Assembly (NCBI GenBank): GCA_002633005.1
Contig: NMRA01000246.1
Span: 363,856-427,855 of the forward strand
Reading direction: 5' to 3'
From: Phoronis australis
Taxonomy: Eukaryota; Animalia; Phoronida
Length of the DNA stretch: 64,000 nt
Positions 12,992 to 25,244 of the stretch are shown here, one piece after another (position 1 is the stretch's first letter; every line of letters begins with the position of its first letter). A model generated the notes under the pieces. That model made no database searches and was not told the origin of the DNA. It saw only the letters and a list, made by a program, of their open reading frames with translations. The translations under genes were made by a program, and so were the position numbers.

Positions 12992-13181
12992 CTCAAGTCG
13001 TGCTCTACATCAAATTCCACGATGTCTAGCTTAACCCGCATCCCAAACGGAGCTTTGATCAACCACTCGCAGTCCAAGTGCTCTCCGTATTTAGTGTATC
13101 CGTTGAACGAGGAATGGGATGTTATTTTACCCGGAGCAATGTCGATGACCCGCGTACTGCCGCATCCTGAGTTTCCGTAAT
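12992..13181 (-). pseudogene. CUB N-terminal exon, paralog of 561-750, with acceptor mutated AG to GG
   Basis: DYGNSGCGSTRVIDIAPGKITSHSSFNGYTKYGEHLDCEWLIKAPFGMRVKLDIVEFDVEHDLR. Same 190-nt length as 561-750; acceptor reads ttctttccGG. Confidence 0.75.
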
Positions 13182-16100
13182 CCGGAAAGAAGGTACAGGG
13201 AGAACACCTGGTAGTTTCATGATGTGGTTGGTAATCACTGTTGTGTAGCCTGTACTTATGTATCATAGTAGGGTTTCCGTGACATTATCGTTTTTACATA
13301 CGCCCACTAATTAACAAGAACGCCTCAATGCAGGGATGGTTATGGGAGCCCACTTTGTGATTACCATATAGACCAATCGCGCCTTGCTCATACATGAAAT
13401 TATGGAGCCATTTACAAACTGATTCTCAGTTGAAGTCGCGTATTTGTAAATAGAAAATCTTACACGAGTCTCAGGTTTATGACATGGGCAAAACCTCTTT
13501 AAAATTTCGTCAAAATCCCGAAGCTTGCCGGTTAATTTTTGTTAATTGTTTTAATTCAAACTTAACAATTGTAAATTGGATTCAGCTATCGTAGCAAATT
13601 TTCAAGTCAGAATCTAATAAATAGTCTTTGAAGTTGTAATTTCAAAACTTAAAAAGTGTATATAAATAACAAACAGCAAGGGTTCCCCGCGTGAACACTG
13701 AATTGGCTTTGAGGCAGAACAGCATGACAGGCTCACCGCGTTTCTCGAGTTGGGTTCGTCTTCGTTTGAATGTACTTAGATATGGAATTCGCGGCCGAAT
13801 ATTGGTCAGTTTAAGAAGTTGATTGCATGTCCTTCCAACTGGGAGTCCGTACAGTTGCAACACCAGAATTGTCAATCATAACTTTGTCACCTTCTCGGAA
13901 TTCCGGCATTGTTTGATTGGCGGGCGTTTGGTTGTTTTAGTGTTTTGCAGGCGATAAAATGTAAGGCGTATGTAATATAAAAATTACGTACTCGGTGCTA
14001 TTAACCGCTCGTTTAGTAATACATTCCAGGTTATGTGACAAACTAAATTAACATAGAATTTCAAAAAGTTACCATACATGTTCTTTGTTGTTTTCTTATT
14101 TGCTTTGGTTAGATCAACAACTCTCGCAATTCCTTCTTAACCTGCAGAAGATTATGAAAACAATATCGATATTATTGAATGATGAAGCCTTGATGCGTTT
14201 GGCCGGATCGTTTATGAAAGCCACGCATCAACAGTCCTGCATAGATCCCTAACCATGTCATCGGTTGCGTGGCAAGCTTGTCACGGGGTTCTTTGGCAAA
14301 GTTCACTAACATTCCTCCTTAGATCCTAACCACCTCCCTACGGACAGGGTTGTGTGGTAGGTTTCTCATGCAAGTTCGTTGAACTGAACCCTCCATTGAG
14401 GTTCTTCACCCTTGGTTGGTATCAAAAAATGGTCAACCCAAACCACGTTATGACCTGAAGGTTTCCATAGTGTTTCAGAGATAACGTTAGAACCAATTAA
14501 GCACCTGCAAGTAATTCGGACAATGTATCGATAAACAACACCATTCCGCCAAGTTTCCTGTCCCATCGCATGGGGTATTCACCTTAATATAGTCATGCTC
14601 ATAATATTTAACTGCATGACTTATTATGCGATTCTGCTCAGTCTGCCTCATTTAGCTCTATTGCTGTAATGCGCAAGACAAACCTAGTGATCTTTAAACA
14701 AGCCTCCAACATCTCGCTTTGCCGAATGCCCATAATGCAACCATACGACATCATTCACTACCTGCCCCATGCAAATTTTATTTAAAGTAAGTTACAAACA
14801 GTCTTCGACTGTGCCAAACGCTGCCACCAGTGTTAAACAATTTATGTAGTAGGCATAAATGGTTTTAAAATCAAGGGGTTGTTCGAGCAGTGGCGTCATG
14901 CTTTCTGCTTTCCGAGCTTTTGGACGCACCCAGTAGCGAACATAAAGTAAACTTCAGTAGTTTGAGATGGAGCTTTCATTCATTCCATTGTAGTCAGACT
15001 ACTTTGAATCATGTCCACCTCTCTGTTGCTGACTTCCCTTCGGTTACTTTGGTGTGTGGTCATACAACTTGTGGTCTGTTCACGCCTAAGAAGAATGGAG
15101 GATATCTATGGTAACGTACACCTGTTCTTCTTAAATTTTATCATTCAAACCTGTACACCTTAGTTTTTATCACCATACCTGTACAGAGAATATGTTTCTT
15201 TAAAGTATGGAAGAATTCGAACAAAACTTCATTGAAACGTGTTTTGTCGTTTGACTGATCTCCATTATCGTCGTTATTACTCTACAGTTTGTTGTGGGTC
15301 AAAGGGTGGGCATCGACGGTGCCAAGGACCTAATCGACAAAGTTGCATTTTGAACAGTTCTATGGATTGTGGAATTAGTAATAGGCCTACGTGTCGTGTT
15401 GTAGTGGCACTAGAGATTACATTGCGGTTGGGTTCCACATGGGAGGGTTGGTAGGGACGTGCCCCCCCACTCGATTGTGTATTGTGCCCTCGCAAGTACT
15501 GTATTGTCTCGGGGAAGTATCAGTGCTTAGGACTTTCGGTATAGTATCGGGTGGGTATATGAAAGAAGTGGGCACTGGGAGGGAGGTACATTATTTGACA
15601 TTGTGTTCGGTTTTCATATTCTAGTTGGTCTAGTTCTTGCTACGGTCTGTAAAGTCGATGTGCGACGGAACTCCCATACCCATGGTGTAGAAGAGATTCA
15701 TCTGCATCATTATCACGATTTAATTTTCTAACCACTACAGCGTTGGGTAGTGCATGTTTCGAACAGTAAATCTAACCCAGGCTTTTACCCTGACTGTCAA
15801 TGTCCAGTCGCTAATAGCAGACACTGATTTTAGCGTATTTCTTGGAATGCCGAGTACCTTTGTTAGGTACGATTATATCTAATTCTACATATATATTTAT
15901 TCTATAACTAGGCCTCCGGCCCTTGTTACAATCAAATCATCAAATACAATGCAGGTAAATGTCAAACACTAAAAGTAACCCGGGCTCTTCTTCGCTTTAA
16001 TGCGAAATGAATATATTTACATGTTGACCAAATAAGATCTTTTTCCTCCTCCTTAATTATTTCGGTCCAGTGTCCAACTCCAGCATCTGTACCGACTGCG

Positions 16101-17436
16101 ATCGTGACCTCAAACTATTTGAGTGGCATCTATGGTCTAGTATTGAACAAAAATAGACTGATGGAAACTTAGGCCTACTGCTATCGCATTCATTATCTCA
16201 GTCACAATTTGATGCTGAGGCTCATGCCCAATATGTGCCTCACAACTCCGTTCCCAGCAATGGCACAACACAATACACTTTTTCTCCTTCAAATGCACTT
16301 ACATGTTGGAGAAACCTTTATCAAACCTCCGTTTCTGCAACGAATCGAAGCAAGATTCCTCAAAATGAACTGAGCGCAGCGTGGCGCCTGAACTGATCAC
16401 TTGTTCCATAGTGCACAGTCACATCCGTGTTTGATGCACGAACCTGTGCCATTTCTTAGTGAAACTAGGGTTGTTTGAAAACGCAAAAATTGAAATATTG
16501 TTTGTCCGATTACTATTACTGCATCCTCAGCACATGCAACGTATCATAATACTCGGTCGAGCACACTAGTTTTCGAGACAACTACGTTTCGCGGCTTGTG
16601 TAGAACAACACAGTGGCTGAGACCAGATTCACTGATGACGTCACATACAGATATTATATTTTTTCTGATTTTGCGGTTTATTTCTTGATTAAACGTACAG
16701 AAATCGAAAGGAAATGCTTGAAATATCGTACCAAAATTGCTGGTAACCGAATTCATACATTTATGACCATGGGGTGAAGATGACCATGGTGTGAAGGGTT
16801 AAATCTACAATCCACGGCAAGAAAATTGGTACGCAAACTGTTTTTAATTGCTAAGAAATTGATAGTAATTTGCGGTCTTTACTTCGAAGTATTACATGAG
16901 AAGGGTTTTTCCCTGTCTGGATATTTGGGTCACTAAATTGAGTATTTTACTTTTAAACAATGTTTCGGAGACAAAACGCGTGTTTTTTGGAGAGCAGTAG
17001 GGTGCCAAAGGCAAAAATTGCTCTCGGGCGACAACAGAGATAGCGCGCTTAAGCGTCGTCAGATCTAAAAAAAGCGTAAGAAAGCGTAAGGAAGACTTCT
17101 TTTGTGATAGGATCGAAGAACATGCGCATGAACTCACTAGCTGACACCTGTATCGCTCCTCCCTAGTGAGTCACGTGGAATGCTTGGTAGGTTCGACCTT
17201 TCGATTTATGGTAACAAAGTTACATGTACGCACTAATCGTAGTATCAGGAAGAGATAACCAGGAAGGGACAACTAGCTAAACCGCCGTTTTTGGCCTCCT
17301 TCCCCGGACTAATTTCAGGACTTAAGTTTCGTTTAAAAGGAAACAGATGATTTTATCAGAGAGATTAAAGCTTTTTCTATAGAAGGATATCAAAAAACGC
17401 ACTTTGCAACCTTAAACAGTGGTGTAATTGTACTTT

Positions 17437-18329
17437 NNNNNNNNNNNNNNNNNNNNNNNNNNNNNNNNNNNNNNNNNNNNNNNNNNNNNNNNNNNNNNNN
17501 NNNNNNNNNNNNNNNNNNNNNNNNNNNNNNNNNNNNNNNNNNNNNNNNNNNNNNNNNNNNNNNNNNNNNNNNNNNNNNNNNNNNNNNNNNNNNNNNNNNN
17601 NNNNNNNNNNNNNNNNNNNNNNNNNNNNNNNNNNNNNNNNNNNNNNNNNNNNNNNNNNNNNNNNNNNNNNNNNNNNNNNNNNNNNNNNNNNNNNNNNNNN
17701 NNNNNNNNNNNNNNNNNNNNNNNNNNNNNNNNNNNNNNNNNNNNNNNNNNNNNNNNNNNNNNNNNNNNNNNNNNNNNNNNNNNNNNNNNNNNNNNNNNNN
17801 NNNNNNNNNNNNNNNNNNNNNNNNNNNNNNNNNNNNNNNNNNNNNNNNNNNNNNNNNNNNNNNNNNNNNNNNNNNNNNNNNNNNNNNNNNNNNNNNNNNN
17901 NNNNNNNNNNNNNNNNNNNNNNNNNNNNNNNNNNNNNNNNNNNNNNNNNNNNNNNNNNNNNNNNNNNNNNNNNNNNNNNNNNNNNNNNNNNNNNNNNNNN
18001 NNNNNNNNNNNNNNNNNNNNNNNNNNNNNNNNNNNNNNNNNNNNNNNNNNNNNNNNNNNNNNNNNNNNNNNNNNNNNNNNNNNNNNNNNNNNNNNNNNNN
18101 NNNNNNNNNNNNNNNNNNNNNNNNNNNNNNNNNNNNNNNNNNNNNNNNNNNNNNNNNNNNNNNNNNNNNNNNNNNNNNNNNNNNNNNNNNNNNNNNNNNN
18201 NNNNNNNNNNNNNNNNNNNNNNNNNNNNNNNNNNNNNNNNNNNNNNNNNNNNNNNNNNNNNNNNNNNNNNNNNNNNNNNNNNNNNNNNNNNNNNNNNNNN
18301 NNNNNNNNNNNNNNNNNNNNNNNNNNNNN
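17437..18329. other. Assembly gap (N run); smaller gaps at 4587-4631, 21204 and 34579-34588
   Basis: N characters. Confidence 0.99.
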
Positions 18330-18911
18330 CTCTTGAAAATGTGCAATTAATCATTCATTCATGTATTTCGAAAATTCGAGAAAATTTGTAAAGCAAAAGT
18401 TTTTCAGTGGTACATAGGCGGTGCACTACAGGGGGGCTGAGGGGGCTTTAGCCCCCACTTTTTTCAGTGCTGCGCCCTCTATACACCTCCGACATGACAC
18501 TGCCAACTACTCACGAGGGGAAGTTGAGATTCCAAATTCACCAAAAACATAAAACATTCGTGCACAGCACAGAAGCTGTCTTGTAAGAAATGGCGATGCG
18601 TCACTGAACTTTGAAGGCTGAAGGCTGACTTGCAAAAATTCGATCCATCATCAGACCACCATATCTCAAAGAAGGACACTAAACGATAACAGTGATATTC
18701 ATGAATGTATTGAATAAATAACTAGACTAAAGAAATTCAAAAATTTACAGATCGTAGATCGAAAAAGAAGTTCAAGTCATTGCTCATGAATTTGGAAAGA
18801 TTGTCTATGCATTTCCTTGATGCTTGTAGTTCCCAGTAGTATTGTGCAATGAATTTAGGTTCTTCTAAACCGAATCGTTTGCTTGACATTCCCGTGCATA
18901 CTGCAAATTAA

Positions 18912-20219
18912 AGGCGAAGGCAACCTTTTTTCATGTCACTGTTAGCAAAAGGAGGTATGTTGATTATCCCAAACATATTTTTCACTTAATTACAGCTTTT
19001 CGTAATTTAATTAATTTCTCGTCCTCTAATCCGGAAGTAACGTTTTGGGAGGCAAGAATTTCGCGCCAATTTCTTTCATACAGTCAGATTGTGAGAGATG
19101 TCAAGTCAGTTATAGTTCTACCTCGGATGTGTTAAATTCGGTCGTCGTTTGCTTTTTTTTACAAGTCAGTCAACATGCCGCGCTGTTGCTGCGTACCAGG
19201 ATTACTCATTATCGTCTCACACGCGCTTTGGGTTCATTGCATCGCTTTCCGAAGGATAACATACTTCGCCGTACTTGGTTAGCTCGTTCGTGTGAAGAAC
19301 GCAGCGCTACCCGTTCACGCGATGTACAAAGCAGTGACAAGCATTTTCAGCAGTCAGATTACGACAGAGATATGTACGCTGAATTGATGAAGGTCCCTGC
19401 GAAACAACGCCTGAAGAAGGGTTCCATACCGTCGATGTTGATTCCCGGCAAAGGCCCGTCGCTTACCCCGAGAAGTGCATTTTGAAGCAAGAAGCCTCGC
19501 AAGCTGTGGCCACTACAGGTGTATAAACAGTGACTGGAGGTACTTCATCTACTGTCACCTATGCCTCCGAACGTAACCCATAGCGTGCAATTCCAGGAAC
19601 TAGCAGTGATTCCCCGTGTGCTGTTGTCTCTAGCCCAGAGCCTGTAAGCAGCCCTGCAGCGATGTTGAGTAGTGGGAGTGAATACAGGCCCAGTTTGACA
19701 CCCAGTGAAAAAGACAGTTCGTCATCCAATGAACAGATCGATGAGCCTAAGTTCGATAATTTTATTGTGGACTTGTATTTAGAAGGTGCCTCGTGTGTGA
19801 CGAGGGAGTCGCACGGCGGGATGTAAGCAGTTTGGGTGCACAAGTCACCATCCACTGGGAGTGTGTCGCGGGACACTCGGGCAAGTGGGACAGTTCTTCC
19901 TTTGTACGTGAGATGACAATGAGTACATCTCGGTAGGCAGCAATAGCGTGGCATGTTGACTGACTCGTAAACAAAAGCAAACGACGACCGAAATTATCAC
20001 AACCGAGGTAGAACAATGACTGACTCGACTGCTCTCACAGTCAGACTGTATTAAAAGAAATTGGCGCGAAACTCTTGCCTCCCAAAACGTCACTTCCAGA
20101 GTAGACGACGAATAATTAATTAAATTACGAAAAGCTGTAACTAAGTGAAAAATATGTCTGGGATAACCAATGAACCCTATTTTTGCTAAAAATGACATGA
20201 AAAAAGGTTGCCTTCGCCT
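18912..20219. mobile_element. Non-autonomous Kolobok-like DNA transposon with ~310-bp TIRs, TTAA TSD and THAP-domain remnant
   Basis: TTAA|AGGCGAAGGCAACCTTTTTTCATG at 18908 and the reverse complement ending CCT|TTAA at 20223. THAP remnant: MPRCCCVPG(fs)...LHRFPKD...RTW...KHF...RLKKGSIPS. Further in, CLVC...HWECVAGHSGKW is zinc-finger-like. No DDE core. Confidence 0.85.
19175..19485 (+). pseudogene. Frameshifted THAP zinc-finger domain (transposase N-terminus)
   Basis: ATG at 19175 (MPRCCCVPG), 1-nt deletion at ~19202, then SLHRFPKDNILRRTWL...DKHFQQSDY...RLKKGSIP, matching THAP C2CH and AVP-like motifs. Confidence 0.8.
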
Positions 20220-20938
20220 TTAAGGCTGGACACGTCGTGACTCGGTGACGCACCCACGTTAAAAATAAGGTGTAGTCATGCAGTAGGCTGCCCGCGTAGA
20301 ATCCGCGCACATGTGATTGACGGGAAAAGAACTTAACTGCAGGGGTTGAAGAGTGTGCATTTTTGGGGCACGCGTTCCATAGCATTTTCCCCCGGCTCAG
20401 CCGCCTGTCAGAAGCTGGACCAGTGGCCGTGTTTCAACAAGGAATTTTGATACAGCTTTATAGGCCAAGAATTTCGGGATCATATCTTTCAAAACTGAAA
20501 ATCACGAGGAAATGACCGTATTAAAATGAACTTTTCCCGAAACTGGGTCAAACAAAGCGACCTTGGAGCCAGCCTAGGTTCGAGTTAAGCCGCACGTCTC
20601 AAATGAATCATAGCGGAGCTGACCAGCGACTAGCATTAGTTCGTCGAATTGCGCATGCATGGATCAGACTTCCCGGCAACTCGGACGCCACGACACTGGC
20701 CACTGTGGCGGGAGCAGCTAATTTCTTGACTAACAACTGCTTCTAAATCTGGATTTAAGCAAAATGACGAAGTCCACGCTTACACACATGCAAGCGTATC
20801 CAAATACAATTAAATGTATTTTCTTGTGAAACCATTCAATGTTCATTGAACATTGACTTGTGTGAGTTCTTAATTTTCTTAGATCTGCCCTAGGATCTGC
20901 CCAATCAGGTAGAACTTCGTTTCATGTCATTCACTATA

Positions 20939-21469
20939 GGCACCTGAGGGTTCAAATATTGGAAGATCGCGTCGTATGACGTCATATGACGTAGAACATG
21001 CGAGCCTCATTTGCATATATTAGTGACATCTGTTGGTTCAAAAAAGAGGATCATGCCCGAGTACATGCCTGGGAAGAGGCATCTTTTGGAAGGGTAAAAC
21101 AAGTCATGTTCAAAGCATCCCAGTCCCAATAATATGCAGTCTTTGGGGACCAAAGTGGTGTCATTTTATAGCTAAAGAGTTAAGCTTTCAAACACAATGC
21201 TTGNGGCACCTGAGGGTTCAAATATTGGAAGTTCGCGTCGTATGACGTCATATGACGTAGAACATGCGAGCCTCATTTGCATATATTAGTGACATCTGTT
21301 GGTTCAAAAAAGAGGATCATGCCCGAGTACATGCCTGGGAAGAGGCATCTTTTGGAAGGGTAAAACAAGTCATGTTCAAAGCATCCCAGTCCCAATAATA
21401 TGCAGTCTTTGGGGACCAAAGTGGTGTCATTTTATAGCTAAAGAGTTAAGCTTTCAAACACAATGCTTG
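20939..21469. repeat. 265-bp tandem duplication joined by a single N (probable assembly overlap)
   Basis: 20939-21203 and 21205-21469 are identical apart from about one base. Confidence 0.85.
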
Positions 21470-22628
21470 GATTCTTGACACCTTTAACATTTACTTTTGA
21501 AATCACTTTTGAAAACACGTTAAAATGCGCTAAAACAGTTGTCCCTTCCTGGTTATCTCTTCCTGGTAGTATCAATAAACAACGCCAGGTGTTACTACAT
21601 CTCGCAAAGTAGCAAGGCAATAATAGTAGTTTAGGCAGAGGCCAAGGGTACTTGTAATTTTCAAAGTATACTGGACAGCGCCGAAACTCGACAAATTTCG
21701 TGCTACAAAAGCATTTTACAAATTAGCAGGTAGGCACACTGACGTCACATACATGTAAGGCTCTGACTGAAGTTCAACAAAATGAAATGGAAATCATCGG
21801 AATTTAATGAAGTTATCGACTCATGAAATCGCGACTAAATACATTTATTCAATTCTTTTCCACTAGAACATGTTTCGGTTATGGCAAATTCTCGACAAAA
21901 TCTCGGAATTGGCTCCAATCACCTTGTCAAATTTGCAACAATTTGCCATGAAACTTCTTTCGTAAACAGTTATCGAGTAAGGGGGACAACGCCAGATTAA
22001 ATTCTACACTGTACCTAAATTTCGACGAAAACACCGTGGTACTGAGACAAATATTTGAATGGATTGCCAAATAATTCAGTCAAGAGGTTCGTCCAAGAAA
22101 TGAGCTAATTCTCGTTTAGTTCATTGGTCCAAGTTTTTGCACAGTCTGGTAGGTCTCCGCTGAAGCCAAAGAAAATAAAATACTGTATGGCTTTAATTTT
22201 GAATGCTATAGATTTGGAGCAGTTCACGCCATTTATTAAATGAGCAGTTTGGCGCTAGTGTTGGCTTACAGCTTGCATGTCTTACTTTCCTCGTGTCGGC
22301 TGCGCTCTTCGTATTTCTTTATATTTGCTAAATAACGGTCGTTTCAATGGTTTTAGTTTTTTGACATTTACTATTAGATGCTTACATTGCAGTGATTTTG
22401 GTCATTAAAATAGCATATGAGTAACTGTCATTCGAATAGCACAATCATCATTACGATAGCACATATTGTTCAGCTACGTTTTTTAGGACACCATTTATTT
22501 CCTTTTCTGCATTTACTTATTTTTTAATTTGCTAAATAATGGAAATTTGGATAATATTATTTTTTACCACAATATTAGCGTCAAATGGCAGATACAACCG
22601 TGTAATAACCCATTACGTTATCTCACTA

Positions 22629-22708
22629 GGCGGGAAACCGAGGACGGAGTCGAACCCGAGACCCTGAAATTGCTGGTCGCCGACTTTATCACTGAACCAT
22701 GCAGCGAC
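22629..22708 (-). mobile_element. tRNA-derived SINE head / pseudo-tRNA
   Basis: Minus strand: GCA-TGGTTCAGTGAT (A-box-like)...GGGTTCGACTCCG (B box). No clean cloverleaf. Confidence 0.5.
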
Positions 22709-24020
22709 TGACGTCATCAAGGGTGAAAATAGAATACTTAAATGAGCACGCGCAATAATCCCATGTTCAACAAACCGCATTCTACTGTACTTATACGCTA
22801 CGAAAAATAAGACACATAATTTCCATAAAAATGATATCTTAATTCAGTGAAATTTTTCTCTCATGTCCTCTTACCTGTAAATCACCGATCTCCAGTTTGA
22901 ATGCGGGTATCGTGTCGTCAGGATTTTTGACTTGACAATTATATTCAGTTACCAGTGGTAACCTACTTTAGCAGACGATAATTTCCCGGTCGAAGCTTAG
23001 CGTGAAAAAAACGTGTTTTAAGCTATAAAAGTTGGTAAACCTTAATTTATTTCTATTATATTTAAGTTTTCAATTGATTTTGAATAAAAGCATTATTTGA
23101 CAAAATTAGCCCGGCTTTTCTTAAATGGTCACGACCTCCGACCCCGGGCCTCTGACATAGAAAGTACTTACAAAGCCGTGGAGAGTCAGAAGAGGTAAAT
23201 CGATTCATTGCAATGTTTCTCGTTTAGTATGTATGGGCGATAATTCTTCAAAATCCACTCGGGCTCTAGATAACGGGGGAGAACGACTTCGCCATGTAAT
23301 AATCCATATTTATCTTTTTTTTGCAGTGCATTTACTGAATAACGGCCATTCAAATGGCACATGACAGTCTGGATAGCACATATCAGTCATCACCGGTTTT
23401 TCGGATACTATTTATTTTTAGATATTTTTTTTTGAATTTACTACTGAAATAAAGGTCATACTTTGGGTAGCTCCCATATCCCAGCAAGAATTAACTTTTC
23501 TTGTATTAATGTAAATGGCACTATTCAAAAACAAAAAGGCTCATATCACGAAAATAGCTTCGTCATAATCAAGTGCTGCCTCTCGTAAATTGGTTATAAG
23601 AAATTCATTGTAGTTTATAGGTACATCGTCTGGAAAAAAATCTTGTTAAGAATGTTTAAGTTTATTTACTACTACCAAGAGCATTAAAAAGTTTGAAGTT
23701 AACTCACCTTGTTAAATTTTAGTCTCTAACAGTGTGCTTTATCAGGTAACATGACTTAATATTTTTTCACGATTTGCCACCACATGTTTTGCGTCTAATA
23801 TATTTTTGCCGTGTTAGGGATACTTTTTAGAGTGTATTGGGTTACATAGCGGCCGTTGTGTATGTTCGCTGAACACAGTAATGTCGAGGAAACTTGTATT
23901 TTAGGTAAAATAATCATTTTTATTGCTCACTTGACTGCGCATATTGTTTTTTAATGTTATCTTCCCACTTTTGTTAATTAGCGGTTATGTTTTTGAAACC
24001 TCATTATATGTTGTTTGCAG

Positions 24021-24059
24021 TGTACAACACATTTTGTCATGATATACACGAAAATTCAG
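24021..24059 (+). CDS. Candidate small upstream exon of the CUB-LDLa-protease gene
   Basis: tttgcag|39 nt|gtagg, phase 1-1, open frame (YNTFCHDIHENS) compatible with the exon at 25245. Start codon and signal peptide exon not identified. Confidence 0.35.
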
Positions 24060-25244
24060 GTAGGGGTATTTTTCCGTTTGTTATCTTTATACAACTTTCT
24101 TTTTATTCCTCAAACTCTGTTTTCGTTATATCTGACGACCATCCTATTGCCATCGACTGCTGATTGTATTTCTGCTTCAAAATCGCACATTCTGCACTGC
24201 CGGCCATTCATAAAAGGTGGAGATACTCGGGGCTTTGAGGTGATCATCTCAGTGAAAATAAGTATACTTCAGCCCTCTAACTAATTTGGTTCAAGAGAAA
24301 TTTGAAAAAAATTGTAATCACGCGCCCTAGGGGAGCATACAGTTGAGAGCCGAGAGCTGTAAATGTTGAAAGATACAAAAGTACAGTTTATGCGTTGTGT
24401 TCTCCCAGCGTAGCCTGTATATTCTTCGAGTTAGTGTTCAGTGACAGATTTAGAGGGGTCTACAAAGGGGAGGGGCGACGTCTCCCCTAATACTATCCAA
24501 TATTTATGAATAAGTCCTTAGACTGAAAGATATAACTTGTGAGTTCCCAATGCGTTTCCCTTCTAAAACGCATGAAAGACAATCATAAAATCTTGGAAAG
24601 GTTACTGACGAAATGTTGTATGTGATAAATTCAAATATCGGCGTTTAACTTACCTTTTTATTATTCTTCACTGTAGCTTGTAATGCATTTTCAAAGAGTT
24701 TATCCCGTTTGAAGAATAATTTCTGATCAAATAATTATTAATAAATTTACAATGGAGGATTAACATTCACCCACTTCACAGCGGCTCTTCTGTATCAGTG
24801 CCCGGATAGCAACGTTGTTAAAATTTTTTAAAATACTTCGTTTTCATTTCAAGCAAGTTAAAGAATTTTCTCATGAAAGTCACAACAATCCTTATTGACA
24901 GTCCCTCATACACAAATGGATCATGATAAGAAACCCGAACAACATTATGGAAAGCGCTGTGTAAAACATAAGTATGATTCGTATAAATCGATCAACCACT
25001 TCTGAGACATAATAACTATTCCAACTAGGCCTCGGAGAACAGTGAAAAAACACACAGTGTAATATCTGAAAGAAACAGTCATTTTTGAGATATGATGTTC
25101 TAAATTTGGTCATTTAAACTACATAGGTTATTCTATAACCTCAAAAGCTACTTTTGCAACTAACATACTGTACTTTAAGAAAGAAAATATAATTCGTATG
25201 GAAATACAGCAGCCATTGGGATGGGAAGACAATTTACATTACAG

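Larger units (their letters stand above)
4284..13181 (-). pseudogene. Probably decayed CUB-LDLa-LDLa-CUB-LDLa-trypsin protease gene, paralog of the gene at 25245-30956
   Basis: Exons 12992-13181, 10863-10997, 10302-10438, 9933-10094, 7032-7166, 5809-5916 and 4284-4429. Two acceptors are mutated, LDLa cysteines are lost, and IVGG/His, Asp and GDSGG exons were not found (a small N gap lies at 4587-4631). Confidence 0.65.

Noticed and set aside
14366-16400. Short ORFs and one exon-like segment (16303-16388, minus) as 5' exons of the minus protease locus
   Set aside because: No recognisable domain or signal peptide, and they cannot be linked without transcripts.
17377-18354. 300-aa ORFs
   Set aside because: They consist of N-gap codons.
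20939-21469. 265-bp tandem duplication with octamer ATTTGCAT and TGACGTCA sites as a duplicated enhancer
   Set aside because: Near-identical copies separated by exactly one N, typical of an unmerged contig or haplotype overlap.
22629-22708. tRNA gene (also 44221-44288)
   Set aside because: A and B boxes are present but acceptor and anticodon stems do not pair; treated as SINE heads.
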